The notes under the pieces: model-generated
What the model saw: only the letters and a program-made list of their open reading frames with translations
Told to the model about the DNA's origin: nothing
The model's database searches: none
In this document: positions 50,351-59,412 of the stretch, one piece after another
Layout: each line of letters opens with the position of its first letter
How positions within the stretch are numbered: position 1 is the first letter of the stretch
Position numbers and translations under genes: made by a program
Source of the DNA: Rhodospirillales bacterium
GTDB taxonomy: Bacteria; Pseudomonadota; Alphaproteobacteria; Acetobacterales; Acetobacteraceae
NCBI GenBank assembly: GCA_018971565.1
Contig: JAGXAO010000002.1
Location: 6,499-70,498 of the forward strand
Reading direction: 5' to 3'
DNA: 64,000 nucleotides

Positions 50351-50634
50351 CACCAATTCCCGCGCAAAAACCCAAGGGCCGGCAAAGGCTTCCACCGGCG
50401 GGGCAGATCCGTCCGGCGTATCGGCCTTATCATGTAACGTGGGGCTGGTTGCTCGGTTCTTTCAAGAAAGGTTGCATAAGCGCGCACCTGGGTTTCACGC
50501 CATGCCTGGTCGTTCAGCGCCAAGGCGCGGCTGGGAAACACTTCCGCGATGCGGATTACACGGCCGATAACCGCGACAACGGCCCAGAGGGAATCTTCGC
50601 CTCCCCGGCGGCGTTCAGGCGCCACAAAATCCAA
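50350..50634 (-). CDS. hypothetical basic 94-aa protein (unrecognised family)
   Basis: TTG start 7 nt after GGAG. The stop overlaps the fumC ATG as TGATG. Third-position GC is about 64% by my count. No motif recognised, so it could be a non-coding leader. Confidence 0.3.
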   Translation of the reverse strand: MDFVAPERRRGGEDSLWAVVAVIGRVIRIAEVFPSRALALNDQAWRETQVRAYATFLERTEQPAPRYMIRPIRRTDLPRRWKPLPALGFLRGNW

Positions 50635-50670
50635 ATTCCGTCTCCGAGTGATACAGAGGCTCTTGGTACT

Positions 50671-51408
50671 TTATTGGTTTGATCCTGCCCGAAAACCAGA
50701 GGGCCGCGCCAGCAATAAAACCATAACGCGGGGGGCACGGAGCAGGTAGCGGGAGCCAAGGCGGCGGGGCTCGGCTGCCAGGCGGTGCAGCCATTCCAGC
50801 CCGGCACGTTGCATCCAAAAGGGCGCGCGGCGGCGTGTGCCCGCCTGGAATTCCAGCGCCGCGCCAATGCACAGCCCCAACCCGGCCGCCTGGCCCTGGC
50901 GCAAAACCTCATGGGCCAGAAGCTCCTGCACTGGTGAACCCAAGGCGAAAAAGGTAAAGCGCGCCTTGGCCATGGCCACGAAATGCGCGGCCTCGGCAAA
51001 GGCTTCAGGCTTGGCCAGCAGGTTCATGGGCGGGTTGTGGTGGATGAAGCCGATAAGCGGAAAACGCTGCTGCAACATGGCAAAGGCGGCAGGTTGCATG
51101 CCAACCACCGCCACACGGCTTGCTCCCAGCTCCGGCAGCAAGGCGGCAATAAGGTCCGCCCCGGTGATCACGGGCGGTGGCTCTTGCCCCAACAGTCTGA
51201 CGAAATGTGCCAGAAACCGCGAATCAAACAACCGCAGCAGGGCCTCATCGTAAATCGGCCGAAGTGCCGGGTTGCGGTGCAGCCGGTCCAGGTGGTCGGC
51301 ATTGGGGGTAACAACATAGGCGAAAGCCTCGCCCTCCGCGCGCGCGAGCAGCCCGGCGCACACCTGCGCCAAAGGCTCCTCGTTGAAGGAGCGGCCGAGG
51401 AAGTTCAT
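50671..51408 (-). CDS. WecB/TagA/CpsF family glycosyltransferase
   Basis: VVTPNADHL, FFALGSPVQE and GAALEFQAG blocks typical of Glyco_tran_WecG. ATG 51408 overlaps the upstream stop as ATGA. Confidence 0.85.
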   Translation of the reverse strand: MNFLGRSFNEEPLAQVCAGLLARAEGEAFAYVVTPNADHLDRLHRNPALRPIYDEALLRLFDSRFLAHFVRLLGQEPPPVITGADLIAALLPELGASRVAVVGMQPAAFAMLQQRFPLIGFIHHNPPMNLLAKPEAFAEAAHFVAMAKARFTFFALGSPVQELLAHEVLRQGQAAGLGLCIGAALEFQAGTRRRAPFWMQRAGLEWLHRLAAEPRRLGSRYLLRAPRVMVLLLARPSGFRAGSNQ

Positions 51409-52598
51409 GGCGCCCAGCTCACCCCCAGGGTCAGCACATGTTCGTTGGCGGCGCCCAACTGGCCGGATTGCCGGTCGTTGAACACATAACGCCCTTCCAC
51501 CGCCAAAGCCGGGCTCATATGCCATTTCAACCCGGCGCTGCCGGTGAATAATGTTTCCCGCAACGGGGCATGGATGTAAGCGGCGTTTGAGATATCCACC
51601 GTGGCAATGGCGGTTAAATCGCGCAAACCCGTGCGAGTGAAGCTGAATTTTGCTTCCGTGAGCGTATAGGGGGTAGCACTCAGCCGGCCCGGGTCGTCAA
51701 TCTCCCGGGCAAGATTGAGGTGCAGCTCGTCCAGCTGGTCCGGCGACCAGTCCAGCCGTGCTTCCATTACCGGCGCTGCCAGCCCCTGCCCCACTCGTAG
51801 CACGCGCCAGGCATCCCCCGCGAGGGCCGAAACCGTCCAGAGGCCATCCGCCTTTTCCTGCAAACCAGCCAAAACGGCGTAATCATTTGCGCTCTGGCTC
51901 GTCTCCGCTCCGCTATCAAAGCCAGCGCGAAGCTCCGTCACGTAGGATAACGGCGCGCCATCATCGTAATGCAGCCTCAGGCTTGTCCGTAAATCTCGCC
52001 AGTTTTGCGAAGCCATGCCAGGGAAGTTGTAGACACTGGCGGAAAGCCGAGGCGAAACCGTGAGGCAGCCTGCGGCGATATCATCACGCGCGCGGATGTC
52101 CTTCAACGTAAAGGCAATGGGCCTGGTGATCGTGAAAGAGCTGAGCGCGAAGCCGCTCTCCGCCGATTTAAGAAAGGCAGCGGAAAGCGTTAGCATTTCA
52201 CCGGGCAATTGCGCCCGCTCGCCCGCCGCCAACGCGGCGCCGGTGACATTCTGCGCACTGTTTTGCGGGTAGGCGGTGGCCTCAACCTCGGCATAAGCGC
52301 CAAACCCGGCCACCGGGTCCGCCACCAAAAGGCTAGGAATTAGGCCTAAAACGGAGGAGGAGGCGCTACCGTTTGGGGCTGAATCATAACCGGTACGCGT
52401 GGCAAGGCTGGGGTTAAGGTTAAGCCCGGCAAGGCCCCAGCCTGTGGCACCCGGCGCTGCTGCCCGCCGCGCCGCCAGCCAGGATATTTCCTGCGCATAG
52501 CCAGGAATGGCGCTCGGCAGCAGCTCGTCCAGCATCTGCGCGCGCGCTGAAAGTGGCGCTGCCAAGGAAAACAGAAAAAGAGCACGGCGAAAAAACAC
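51405..52598 (-). CDS. putative outer-membrane beta-barrel protein (polysaccharide-locus associated)
   Basis: GTG start and signal peptide FFRRALFLFSLAAPLSARAQ. Alternating amphipathic strand pattern throughout. No TM helices. Family assignment not verified. Confidence 0.5.
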   Translation of the reverse strand: MFFRRALFLFSLAAPLSARAQMLDELLPSAIPGYAQEISWLAARRAAAPGATGWGLAGLNLNPSLATRTGYDSAPNGSASSSVLGLIPSLLVADPVAGFGAYAEVEATAYPQNSAQNVTGAALAAGERAQLPGEMLTLSAAFLKSAESGFALSSFTITRPIAFTLKDIRARDDIAAGCLTVSPRLSASVYNFPGMASQNWRDLRTSLRLHYDDGAPLSYVTELRAGFDSGAETSQSANDYAVLAGLQEKADGLWTVSALAGDAWRVLRVGQGLAAPVMEARLDWSPDQLDELHLNLAREIDDPGRLSATPYTLTEAKFSFTRTGLRDLTAIATVDISNAAYIHAPLRETLFTGSAGLKWHMSPALAVEGRYVFNDRQSGQLGAANEHVLTLGVSWAP

Positions 52599-52660
52599 GC
52601 CACCCCGTTATCAGATTTAATGGATTTATGTTAATGAATAAACAACTTTAGGTTTATTTT

Positions 52661-53662
52661 ATGCGTAACCGGCGCCTGGATATCGACATCGCCAAGGGGT
52701 TCGCCATTTTGCTCGTTGTCTTCGGGCATCTGGTGGCGCGGCAAGACCCGCAGGGGGTGCATTGGTACGAACCATTGCGCCGGGCGGTCTATGCCTTCCA
52801 CATGCCGTTTTTCCTGTATCTCAGCGGGCTGGTCGCGGGCATGTCCGGCTTTCTGGCCAACGGACGGGCGGCCTTGCGGCCGGCCTTCAGGGCGCGTGCG
52901 CGCCGCCTGCTGTTGCCGTTTTTTGGGCTGGGGCTACTGGTGCTGGCTGGTAAAATGGCTGCCGCACGGTTCATGTTCGTAGACCACGTGCCTGTATCCA
53001 TCGCGGCGGGAATAAACGGGCTGTTCTGGCACACCGCCGCCAGCCCAGCCCTTTCCGTATGGTATTTATTTGTATTGTTCGTGCTTTCCATGGCGACGCT
53101 CTGGCTGCTGAATGGGCGGCGGAAAAGGCTGCCCTGGCTGCTGGCGGCCTCGCTGCTGCTGTACTGGCTTCCGGTGCCTGCCTATGCCTATGCCGACCGT
53201 GTGTTTGCCTACGCGCCCTTCTTTTTGATGGGGACCGCTGCCGGGTTTGCCGAGCCGCGCTGGAACCAGGCGATGGACCGCTTCTGGCCATGGGCGCTGG
53301 TAGCATTACTGGCGGGGTTGGTTTGCGTGGCACTCTGGGGCCAGGGCGTTGAACAAAAGGCGGTGATGCTGCCGCTGGGCGCGCTTTCCATGCCCGCCTT
53401 GCATGGGGCGATGCGGCGCATCCCCCCCAGCCGGGTGCAGACAATGCTACTGTTTTTCGGGCGTTACAGCTTCATCATCTATCTAGGCAACACCATCTTC
53501 ATTGGCTTGGCGAAGGGCGTGATGCTGCATTTCCTCTCCTGGGACGGCATGCATTTTCTATTGTTCGCGCCGGTTCTGATGATCTCCGGGCTGTTTGGGC
53601 CGGTTGCGCTCAAATATTACGGATTCGCCCGGATGCCGGCGCTAAACCGGCTCACGAATTAA
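52661..53662 (+). CDS. acyltransferase family 3 (membrane O-acyltransferase)
   Basis: RLDIDIAKGFAILLVVFGH N-terminal motif and about 10 TMs. Confidence 0.85.
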   Translation: MRNRRLDIDIAKGFAILLVVFGHLVARQDPQGVHWYEPLRRAVYAFHMPFFLYLSGLVAGMSGFLANGRAALRPAFRARARRLLLPFFGLGLLVLAGKMAAARFMFVDHVPVSIAAGINGLFWHTAASPALSVWYLFVLFVLSMATLWLLNGRRKRLPWLLAASLLLYWLPVPAYAYADRVFAYAPFFLMGTAAGFAEPRWNQAMDRFWPWALVALLAGLVCVALWGQGVEQKAVMLPLGALSMPALHGAMRRIPPSRVQTMLLFFGRYSFIIYLGNTIFIGLAKGVMLHFLSWDGMHFLLFAPVLMISGLFGPVALKYYGFARMPALNRLTN

Positions 53663-55773
53663 CCTTCCTTCGAGAAATACCCGCCATAGCGCGGCGCGTA
53701 GAACTCCGCGTCGGCATGGCCGGAGCGGCCATGCGCTTTGGCGTCCACTCGCGTCAGCACCGCCCCCGCGATGCTCGCCCCCGCCTCGTGCAGCAGGGTA
53801 ATGGCGCCGCGCACCACATGGCGCGGTGTGTTACCCCAACGCACACAAAGCAACGCGGCATCGGCCAGGCGGGCAAGCACACGGCCTTCCGCCAAGGCAA
53901 AAGCGGGTGGAGCATCGAGCAGAATGAGGTCGTAATCTTCACGCAGCGCGCGAAGCAAGGCAGGTAACGCTGTAGACAGAAGCAGATTTAGCGCCGCCCG
54001 GCTCTGGGTGCCGGCGGGCAGCACGCTGAGCGGCGTCAGGCGGTCTTGCACCACGCAATCGGCCAGGGCCGCCTGCCCCGCCAAATGGTCCGCAAGCCCC
54101 GGCTTGCCCCGGATGCCAAAAATTGCATTGAAGCTCGGCTGGCGCAGATCACCATCAATCGCCAGCACCTTCACACCTGCGGCCGCCAGAGTGCGGGCAA
54201 GGGCAACGCAAAGCGTGGTCTTACCCTCGCCCGGCCGCGCCGCCGTTACCGCCAGAATGCGGCTTTGCCCCTGCCCCAACCCCAGCCCGGTATGCAGCGC
54301 GCGCAATTGCTCGGCATACAGCGAGAACGGGGCGATAAGCGCTGCTTCCGCCGGGTTTGGCGTTTCCGGCAATAATGCGTGGCAGACGAGCCCGAATTCG
54401 TTCCGCAGCGCAGTGCCTGACCGCAAGGAAGTATCCAACGCATCCAGCAACCCGGCCAGCAGCACGCCCAGGCACAGTCCTAGCATCAAAGAGGCGCCTA
54501 GAACCAGCGGCGCATGGCGGGAGATTGGGTGTGCGGGCATGGCGGCGGCGGAAAGAATCCGTGCATCCGGCCTGGTCAGCGAGGCATCCTGCGCCAATTG
54601 CCCGGCCTGGATGGTCATTGCGCGCAGCATGTCCCGTCCGGCTTCGGCCCGCTGCTCCAGCGCGCGCACCGGGGCGGCTTCCTCGTCCTCCGTCTGGCTT
54701 TGGGTGCGCGCCTGGGCGAGCGCCGTTTGAAGCGTGGCAACCTCCGCCGCATCCGCCGCCATTTCGGCGCGGGCGGCGTCCATCTCACGGGCGGTCTCAG
54801 CGTTGATCTGCCCGGTGAGGGCGGCAAGCTGCGAGCGGGCGGTGACCAGAGGAGGATAATCGGCGCCATATTCGTTGGCCAAAGACCGCACCTGTGCCGC
54901 CAGCTCCGCCTGCTGTGTACGCAGCGGCAACAGATTAGGCGCGATGGCGGCGTTGGCCGCGGCGGCGTCTCCCCCGGCATGGGCGGCGGCATTCAGCCGC
55001 GCTTGGGCCATGGCCAAACCAGCTTGCGCCTCTACCAGCGAGGCCGCGAGGCGGCTCGCGGTTTCCGTGGTGAGGGTGGCCTGCGTGCCCTGCACCATTC
55101 CGGCCCCGGCTCGCGCCTTGGCCAGCGCGGTTTCGGTATCGTCAAGCTGACGCTGGACGGCCTCGGAATGGTTTTCAAGCCAGTCTTGTGCGTCTGTCAG
55201 CGCCTGGAACGAGGTTTCCCGCTCATGGTCCAGGTAGAGCCGCATCGCCATATTTGCCGCATTGGCGGCAAGCGCGGGGGATGGGGCGGTGAAGGAAACA
55301 CTGAGCACGCGCGAACCGGGCAATACCGAGACACTGAGGCGGCTCTGCACATTGCTGGCAAGGTCGGCGCTGGTGGGGGCGGCCCCGCGCGGCAGCAAGG
55401 TGAAGGGAAAGTGGCGGCGGCGTAAGGCCGGGTTGAAGGCAGGGGCCTGCGCCAGCCCAAGCTGCTGCGCGATGGCGGCCGCGGCGGGCAGCGAGGCGAT
55501 GATGGCGCCCTGGCTGACGGTGACCGCATCTTCATCCAGGCTGTTTTGCACCACGCTTGAGGGGTTGCCTGGCAAGGCCGCGCCAGCCGGGTCGTACAAC
55601 ACAATACCCGTTGCGCTGTAGCTGGCGGGCAGCATGACCAAGGCCAGAGCTGCCAGAGCCAGGCTGGCGGCGGTGCAGGCCAGCACAAGCCGCCAATGCC
55701 GCCTTAAAGTTGCCCAATGCGCCGCTGGTGGTTGCAGGGCTGGCAAGGCGAGGTTCGGAAGCGCGATGCTCAT
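53659..55773 (-). CDS. polysaccharide co-polymerase / tyrosine autokinase (Wzc/ExoP/GumC family)
   Basis: N-terminal Wzz-type TM and periplasmic coiled-coil. C-terminal P-loop kinase (ARPGEGKTT, ILLDAPP). Tyr-containing tail EFYAPRYGGYFSKEG. Start set at ATG 55773, because the track TTG 55809 lies in AT-rich spacer. Confidence 0.85.
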   Translation of the reverse strand: MSIALPNLALPALQPPAAHWATLRRHWRLVLACTAASLALAALALVMLPASYSATGIVLYDPAGAALPGNPSSVVQNSLDEDAVTVSQGAIIASLPAAAAIAQQLGLAQAPAFNPALRRRHFPFTLLPRGAAPTSADLASNVQSRLSVSVLPGSRVLSVSFTAPSPALAANAANMAMRLYLDHERETSFQALTDAQDWLENHSEAVQRQLDDTETALAKARAGAGMVQGTQATLTTETASRLAASLVEAQAGLAMAQARLNAAAHAGGDAAAANAAIAPNLLPLRTQQAELAAQVRSLANEYGADYPPLVTARSQLAALTGQINAETAREMDAARAEMAADAAEVATLQTALAQARTQSQTEDEEAAPVRALEQRAEAGRDMLRAMTIQAGQLAQDASLTRPDARILSAAAMPAHPISRHAPLVLGASLMLGLCLGVLLAGLLDALDTSLRSGTALRNEFGLVCHALLPETPNPAEAALIAPFSLYAEQLRALHTGLGLGQGQSRILAVTAARPGEGKTTLCVALARTLAAAGVKVLAIDGDLRQPSFNAIFGIRGKPGLADHLAGQAALADCVVQDRLTPLSVLPAGTQSRAALNLLLSTALPALLRALREDYDLILLDAPPAFALAEGRVLARLADAALLCVRWGNTPRHVVRGAITLLHEAGASIAGAVLTRVDAKAHGRSGHADAEFYAPRYGGYFSKEG

Positions 55774-55810
55774 GGCTAAATTATTAACAAAATTTTGGTA
55801 ACTTAACAAT

Positions 55811-57814
55811 CTAAAGTTGTGGATATGGCACCACCCAGGGGCGATTGCCTTGGGCCATTCGGTCAGTCCGCACCAATACGCCTGATGTTTTCAGCCAGGC
55901 GGCGGCAGCGCCCGCGCGTTGGGTGAAGGCCGGATCTAGAATTATAACGCCTGGGCACCCCATCTGCGGTACGGGCGAGAGCAGCAAAGCCGCGCCGAGA
56001 CAATTTGAAACTGGCGTGGTGGCGTATAAAACCCGGCCCAGCAGGCAAGCTGCACTGCTGCACTGCGCCGGAATGAGCGGACGCCCGCCCCAGACGCTCT
56101 GCCATTGTTCCAGGGTGAATTTGCCGGCCTTCGGCTCTTCAGCCAACAAAATCTGGGTGCCAGAGCGGATGGCGATAAGCCTTGCATCCGGTGAAATAAG
56201 TAAATCAGGCGGGCGAGCCAGCAATGCCACGGCTAAGCCCATGGCCATGAGCGCCACCCCCCCCAGCCGTACGCGCGAACGCCAGATGCAAAGCCAGGCG
56301 AGGCCAGCCGCGATCAATAAAATAGCTGCATTGGGCATCGGCGCAACGGGCATGAGCGCCTTGGGCCAGGTGGCGATGTGCTGCGTCATCCACACAATAA
56401 CGGCAATACCCCAGCCCATTGGCCGAAAAGCCAGCCAGGCCAGATGCAGCTTTAACAAGGTCAGCCCCAAAAGCCCCCATGGCATAATCCAGAACGCGGT
56501 GAGCGGCACGGCGACCAGATTGGCGGGAATCCAATAGGGTTCAATCTGCTGGAACTGATAAGCCGAGAACGGCATGGAAGCGCCACCCGCCAGCAGGCTG
56601 GTGAAAGCCAGCTCCGCCACGTGCATAAGCAAGGCACCCCCGGTGCCGCGCGAAGCATGAAAACGCGACCAAACAGGATGCACCGCCGCATACCCCGCGA
56701 TAAGCGCCGCCACAGCGGAAAAACTCATCTGAAAACTGGCGGAGAGAATGGCCTCGGGCATTGCCAGCAGCAGCACCATCGCGGCGATGGCAAGGCCGCG
56801 CATGGAAACCGCCTTGCGGCCGATGAGCACACCCAGCGTAGCCAGACTGGCCATAGCCAAGCTGCGCAGAATCGGCAGATGCGCACCAGTAAGCAGCGCG
56901 TACCCCCCACCGCCCGCCAGCGCCAGCACGGCGGCTATGGGTTTACCCGGCAAGTGCAGCGCCATCCATATGCTTCGAGAGAGCGCCCAGCGTGCCGCGA
57001 AAAACACCAGCCCCATGACAATGCCTACATGCAGACCGGCGACCGCGAGAATATGAGCCAGACCCGAGAGCACGAATGCCTTGCGTTCATCCGGCGGAAT
57101 AATCTGCTCATCGCCAGTGAGCAATGTAACCGCGATTGAACCGGTGGAGATCGGCAAGGCGTGCAGAATGGTGGCGGAAATGCCCGCCCGCAGGGCTTGC
57201 AGGCTATCCGCCAGCCGGTTTGCTGGCGCAGGGCGGATGATTTTCAGCGGCGTTAATGCCGCGCCCACGGCGGCGATATTCGCGAAATAATAGTCGCGGC
57301 CCTGGTCCCACCCTCCGGGATAGGCCGGGCGGTCCGGCGCGAACAACAGGGCATAGCATTTCACCAGCGCGCCTGGGCGCGGCGGTATATCCCCGGGCTT
57401 CAGCTTGATACGCACGGTCCGGCGCAGCGTGGGGCCGTAATCAATGCGCGGCGCCCGTAGCAGCACCCGCGCGCCGCCGGGCAGAGGCTCCACGCGCGCC
57501 ACAAAACCCGAAAGGCTGGCCACACCATCCGGCACGTTCACCAGGGGTGGCATGGCGGCGGTGCGCCACTCAGCCCTGGCAAAACCGAGCGATGCCGCCA
57601 GAACCATGAAGGCGGCAAAACGCCAATAAGGATGCCGCCACCCCGCCGCGAGCACCGCACCGGAGGCCGCAAGCGCCAAAACACCAAGCCACAATGGTGG
57701 CTCCACGGGCAATGCGAAATAAGCAAGGATCGCCGCCGCCATCGCGACGGGTGAGAGCAGGAAGAAACGCCCTTGTTCCGCCTCTACCCAGCGCGCGAAC
57801 CAGCCTGCCAACAA
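55811..57814 (-). CDS. comEC: ComEC/Rec2 family inner-membrane DNA-uptake channel homolog
   Basis: DUF4131-like N-terminal TMs and a competence-domain block (GLAHILAVAGLHVG). The start is uncertain: TTG 57814 lies 5 nt after GGAGG, and the track start 57958 would overlap gltX and its promoter. Confidence 0.8.
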   Translation of the reverse strand: MLAGWFARWVEAEQGRFFLLSPVAMAAAILAYFALPVEPPLWLGVLALAASGAVLAAGWRHPYWRFAAFMVLAASLGFARAEWRTAAMPPLVNVPDGVASLSGFVARVEPLPGGARVLLRAPRIDYGPTLRRTVRIKLKPGDIPPRPGALVKCYALLFAPDRPAYPGGWDQGRDYYFANIAAVGAALTPLKIIRPAPANRLADSLQALRAGISATILHALPISTGSIAVTLLTGDEQIIPPDERKAFVLSGLAHILAVAGLHVGIVMGLVFFAARWALSRSIWMALHLPGKPIAAVLALAGGGGYALLTGAHLPILRSLAMASLATLGVLIGRKAVSMRGLAIAAMVLLLAMPEAILSASFQMSFSAVAALIAGYAAVHPVWSRFHASRGTGGALLMHVAELAFTSLLAGGASMPFSAYQFQQIEPYWIPANLVAVPLTAFWIMPWGLLGLTLLKLHLAWLAFRPMGWGIAVIVWMTQHIATWPKALMPVAPMPNAAILLIAAGLAWLCIWRSRVRLGGVALMAMGLAVALLARPPDLLISPDARLIAIRSGTQILLAEEPKAGKFTLEQWQSVWGGRPLIPAQCSSAACLLGRVLYATTPVSNCLGAALLLSPVPQMGCPGVIILDPAFTQRAGAAAAWLKTSGVLVRTDRMAQGNRPWVVPYPQL

Positions 57815-57893
57815 CACTACCTCCAGTTGTTTCCGAACGTTAACCTGTTCCCCCCGCTGGCACAACGCGGCGCAACAAGGTAACAGGCGGAGC

Positions 57894-59288
57894 ATGAAAG
57901 TTCGCACACGTTTTGCCCCCTCGCCCACCGGGCTGCTGCATGTTGGCGGCGCCCGCACCGCGCTCTTTAACTATCTTTTTGCCCGGCATCATGGCGGCGA
58001 GTTCGTGCTGCGGATTGAGGATACGGACCGCGCGCGATCAACCCAGGAAGCCGTGCAAGTGATTCTGGACGGGCTGGACTGGCTGGGCCTGAAAGCCGAC
58101 GAACCGCCGGTGTACCAGACCACCCGCGAGGCGCGGCACGCGGAGGTGGCGATGCAGCTTCTGGCAGAAGGCAAGGCTTACAAATGCTATTGCACGCCGG
58201 AGGAGCTGACCGAGATGCGCGAACAGGCGATCGCCGAAAAGCGCCCGCCCCGTTACGATGGGCGCTGGCGCGACCGCGACCCTGCCGAAGCGCCGCAAGG
58301 CGTGAAACCCGCCATCCGCCTGCGTGCCCCGCGCGAGGGCGAGGTGGTGCTGAACGACCTCGTGCAGGGCGAGGTACGGGTAAAAAACGCCGAGATGGAC
58401 GACATGATCATCCTGCGCTCGGATGGTACGCCGACCTATCTGCATGCCGTGGTGGTGGATGACCATGACATGGCCATCACCCATGTTATCCGCGGTGACG
58501 ACCATCTTACCAACACATTCCGGCAAATTCAGATTTACGATGCCATGGGCTGGAAAAAACCGGAATTCGCGCATATTCCGCTGATCCACGGCGCGGATGG
58601 CGCCAAGCTTTCCAAACGCCATGGCGCGGTGAGCGTTCTGGAATTCCGCGAGCAGGGCTTTCTGCCGGAGGCGCTCTGCAATTATCTGCTGCGCCTCGGC
58701 TGGGGCCATGGCGATGCGGAATTCCTGAGCCGGGACGAGCAGATTCAGCTTTTCACGTTGGAAGGCGTGGGCCGCGCCGCCAGCCGCATGGATTATGCGA
58801 AACTGACCCACCTGAACGGCATGTGGCTGCGCCAGGCCGATGACACGCGGCTGCGGGACAATGTGGTGGAGCGCCTGGCGAAAGCGGACGTAACCGTGGG
58901 TACGGCAGCGATGCAACGTATTCTGCACCTCATGCCGGGGTTGAAGGAGCGCGCGAAAACTCTGGAGGAGCTTGCAGCATCTTCCGCATTTCTGGCGCGT
59001 GAGATGCCGCTGCCCTTCGAGCCGAAGGCCGAGGCGTTGCTGACGCATGAGAACAAGGAAATGCTGACTCGGCTGGCGAGCGTGCTGGAGAACGTGACAT
59101 TCAACAACGAAGCGATTGACGCGGCGTTGCGGGCTTTTGCCGAAGCCGAGGGGCGCAAACTGGGCCAGGTGGCGCAGCCGCTTCGCGCCGCGCTAACCGG
59201 CAGCACAACGAGCCCCGGCATTGACGCAACGCTGATGGCGCTTGGAAAGAATGAAGCATTGCAGCGGATCCGCGCTGTTACCACTTGA
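57894..59288 (+). CDS. gltX: glutamate--tRNA ligase
   Basis: MKVRTRFAPSPTGLLHVGGARTALFNY (HIGH motif) and KLSKR (KMSKS motif). Confidence 0.97.
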   Translation: MKVRTRFAPSPTGLLHVGGARTALFNYLFARHHGGEFVLRIEDTDRARSTQEAVQVILDGLDWLGLKADEPPVYQTTREARHAEVAMQLLAEGKAYKCYCTPEELTEMREQAIAEKRPPRYDGRWRDRDPAEAPQGVKPAIRLRAPREGEVVLNDLVQGEVRVKNAEMDDMIILRSDGTPTYLHAVVVDDHDMAITHVIRGDDHLTNTFRQIQIYDAMGWKKPEFAHIPLIHGADGAKLSKRHGAVSVLEFREQGFLPEALCNYLLRLGWGHGDAEFLSRDEQIQLFTLEGVGRAASRMDYAKLTHLNGMWLRQADDTRLRDNVVERLAKADVTVGTAAMQRILHLMPGLKERAKTLEELAASSAFLAREMPLPFEPKAEALLTHENKEMLTRLASVLENVTFNNEAIDAALRAFAEAEGRKLGQVAQPLRAALTGSTTSPGIDATLMALGKNEALQRIRAVTT

Positions 59289-59412
59289 TTGAAATGGGCG
59301 GGCGCCAGCGTCCGTCCCAATGTTCAGGTTCTCGTCATGCAACGCCCGGCACCAACCCCCATATCCCTGTGAACCGGCGTTACCGGTTATCCAAAACAAT
59401 GGAGATTACAGG

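Noticed and set aside
57834-57851. Possible SOS (LexA) box near comEC
   Set aside because: As I recall it, the alphaproteobacterial LexA box is a direct repeat (GTTC-N7-GTTC / GAAC-N7-GAAC). This site is an inverted repeat with 8-nt spacing, so it does not fit.
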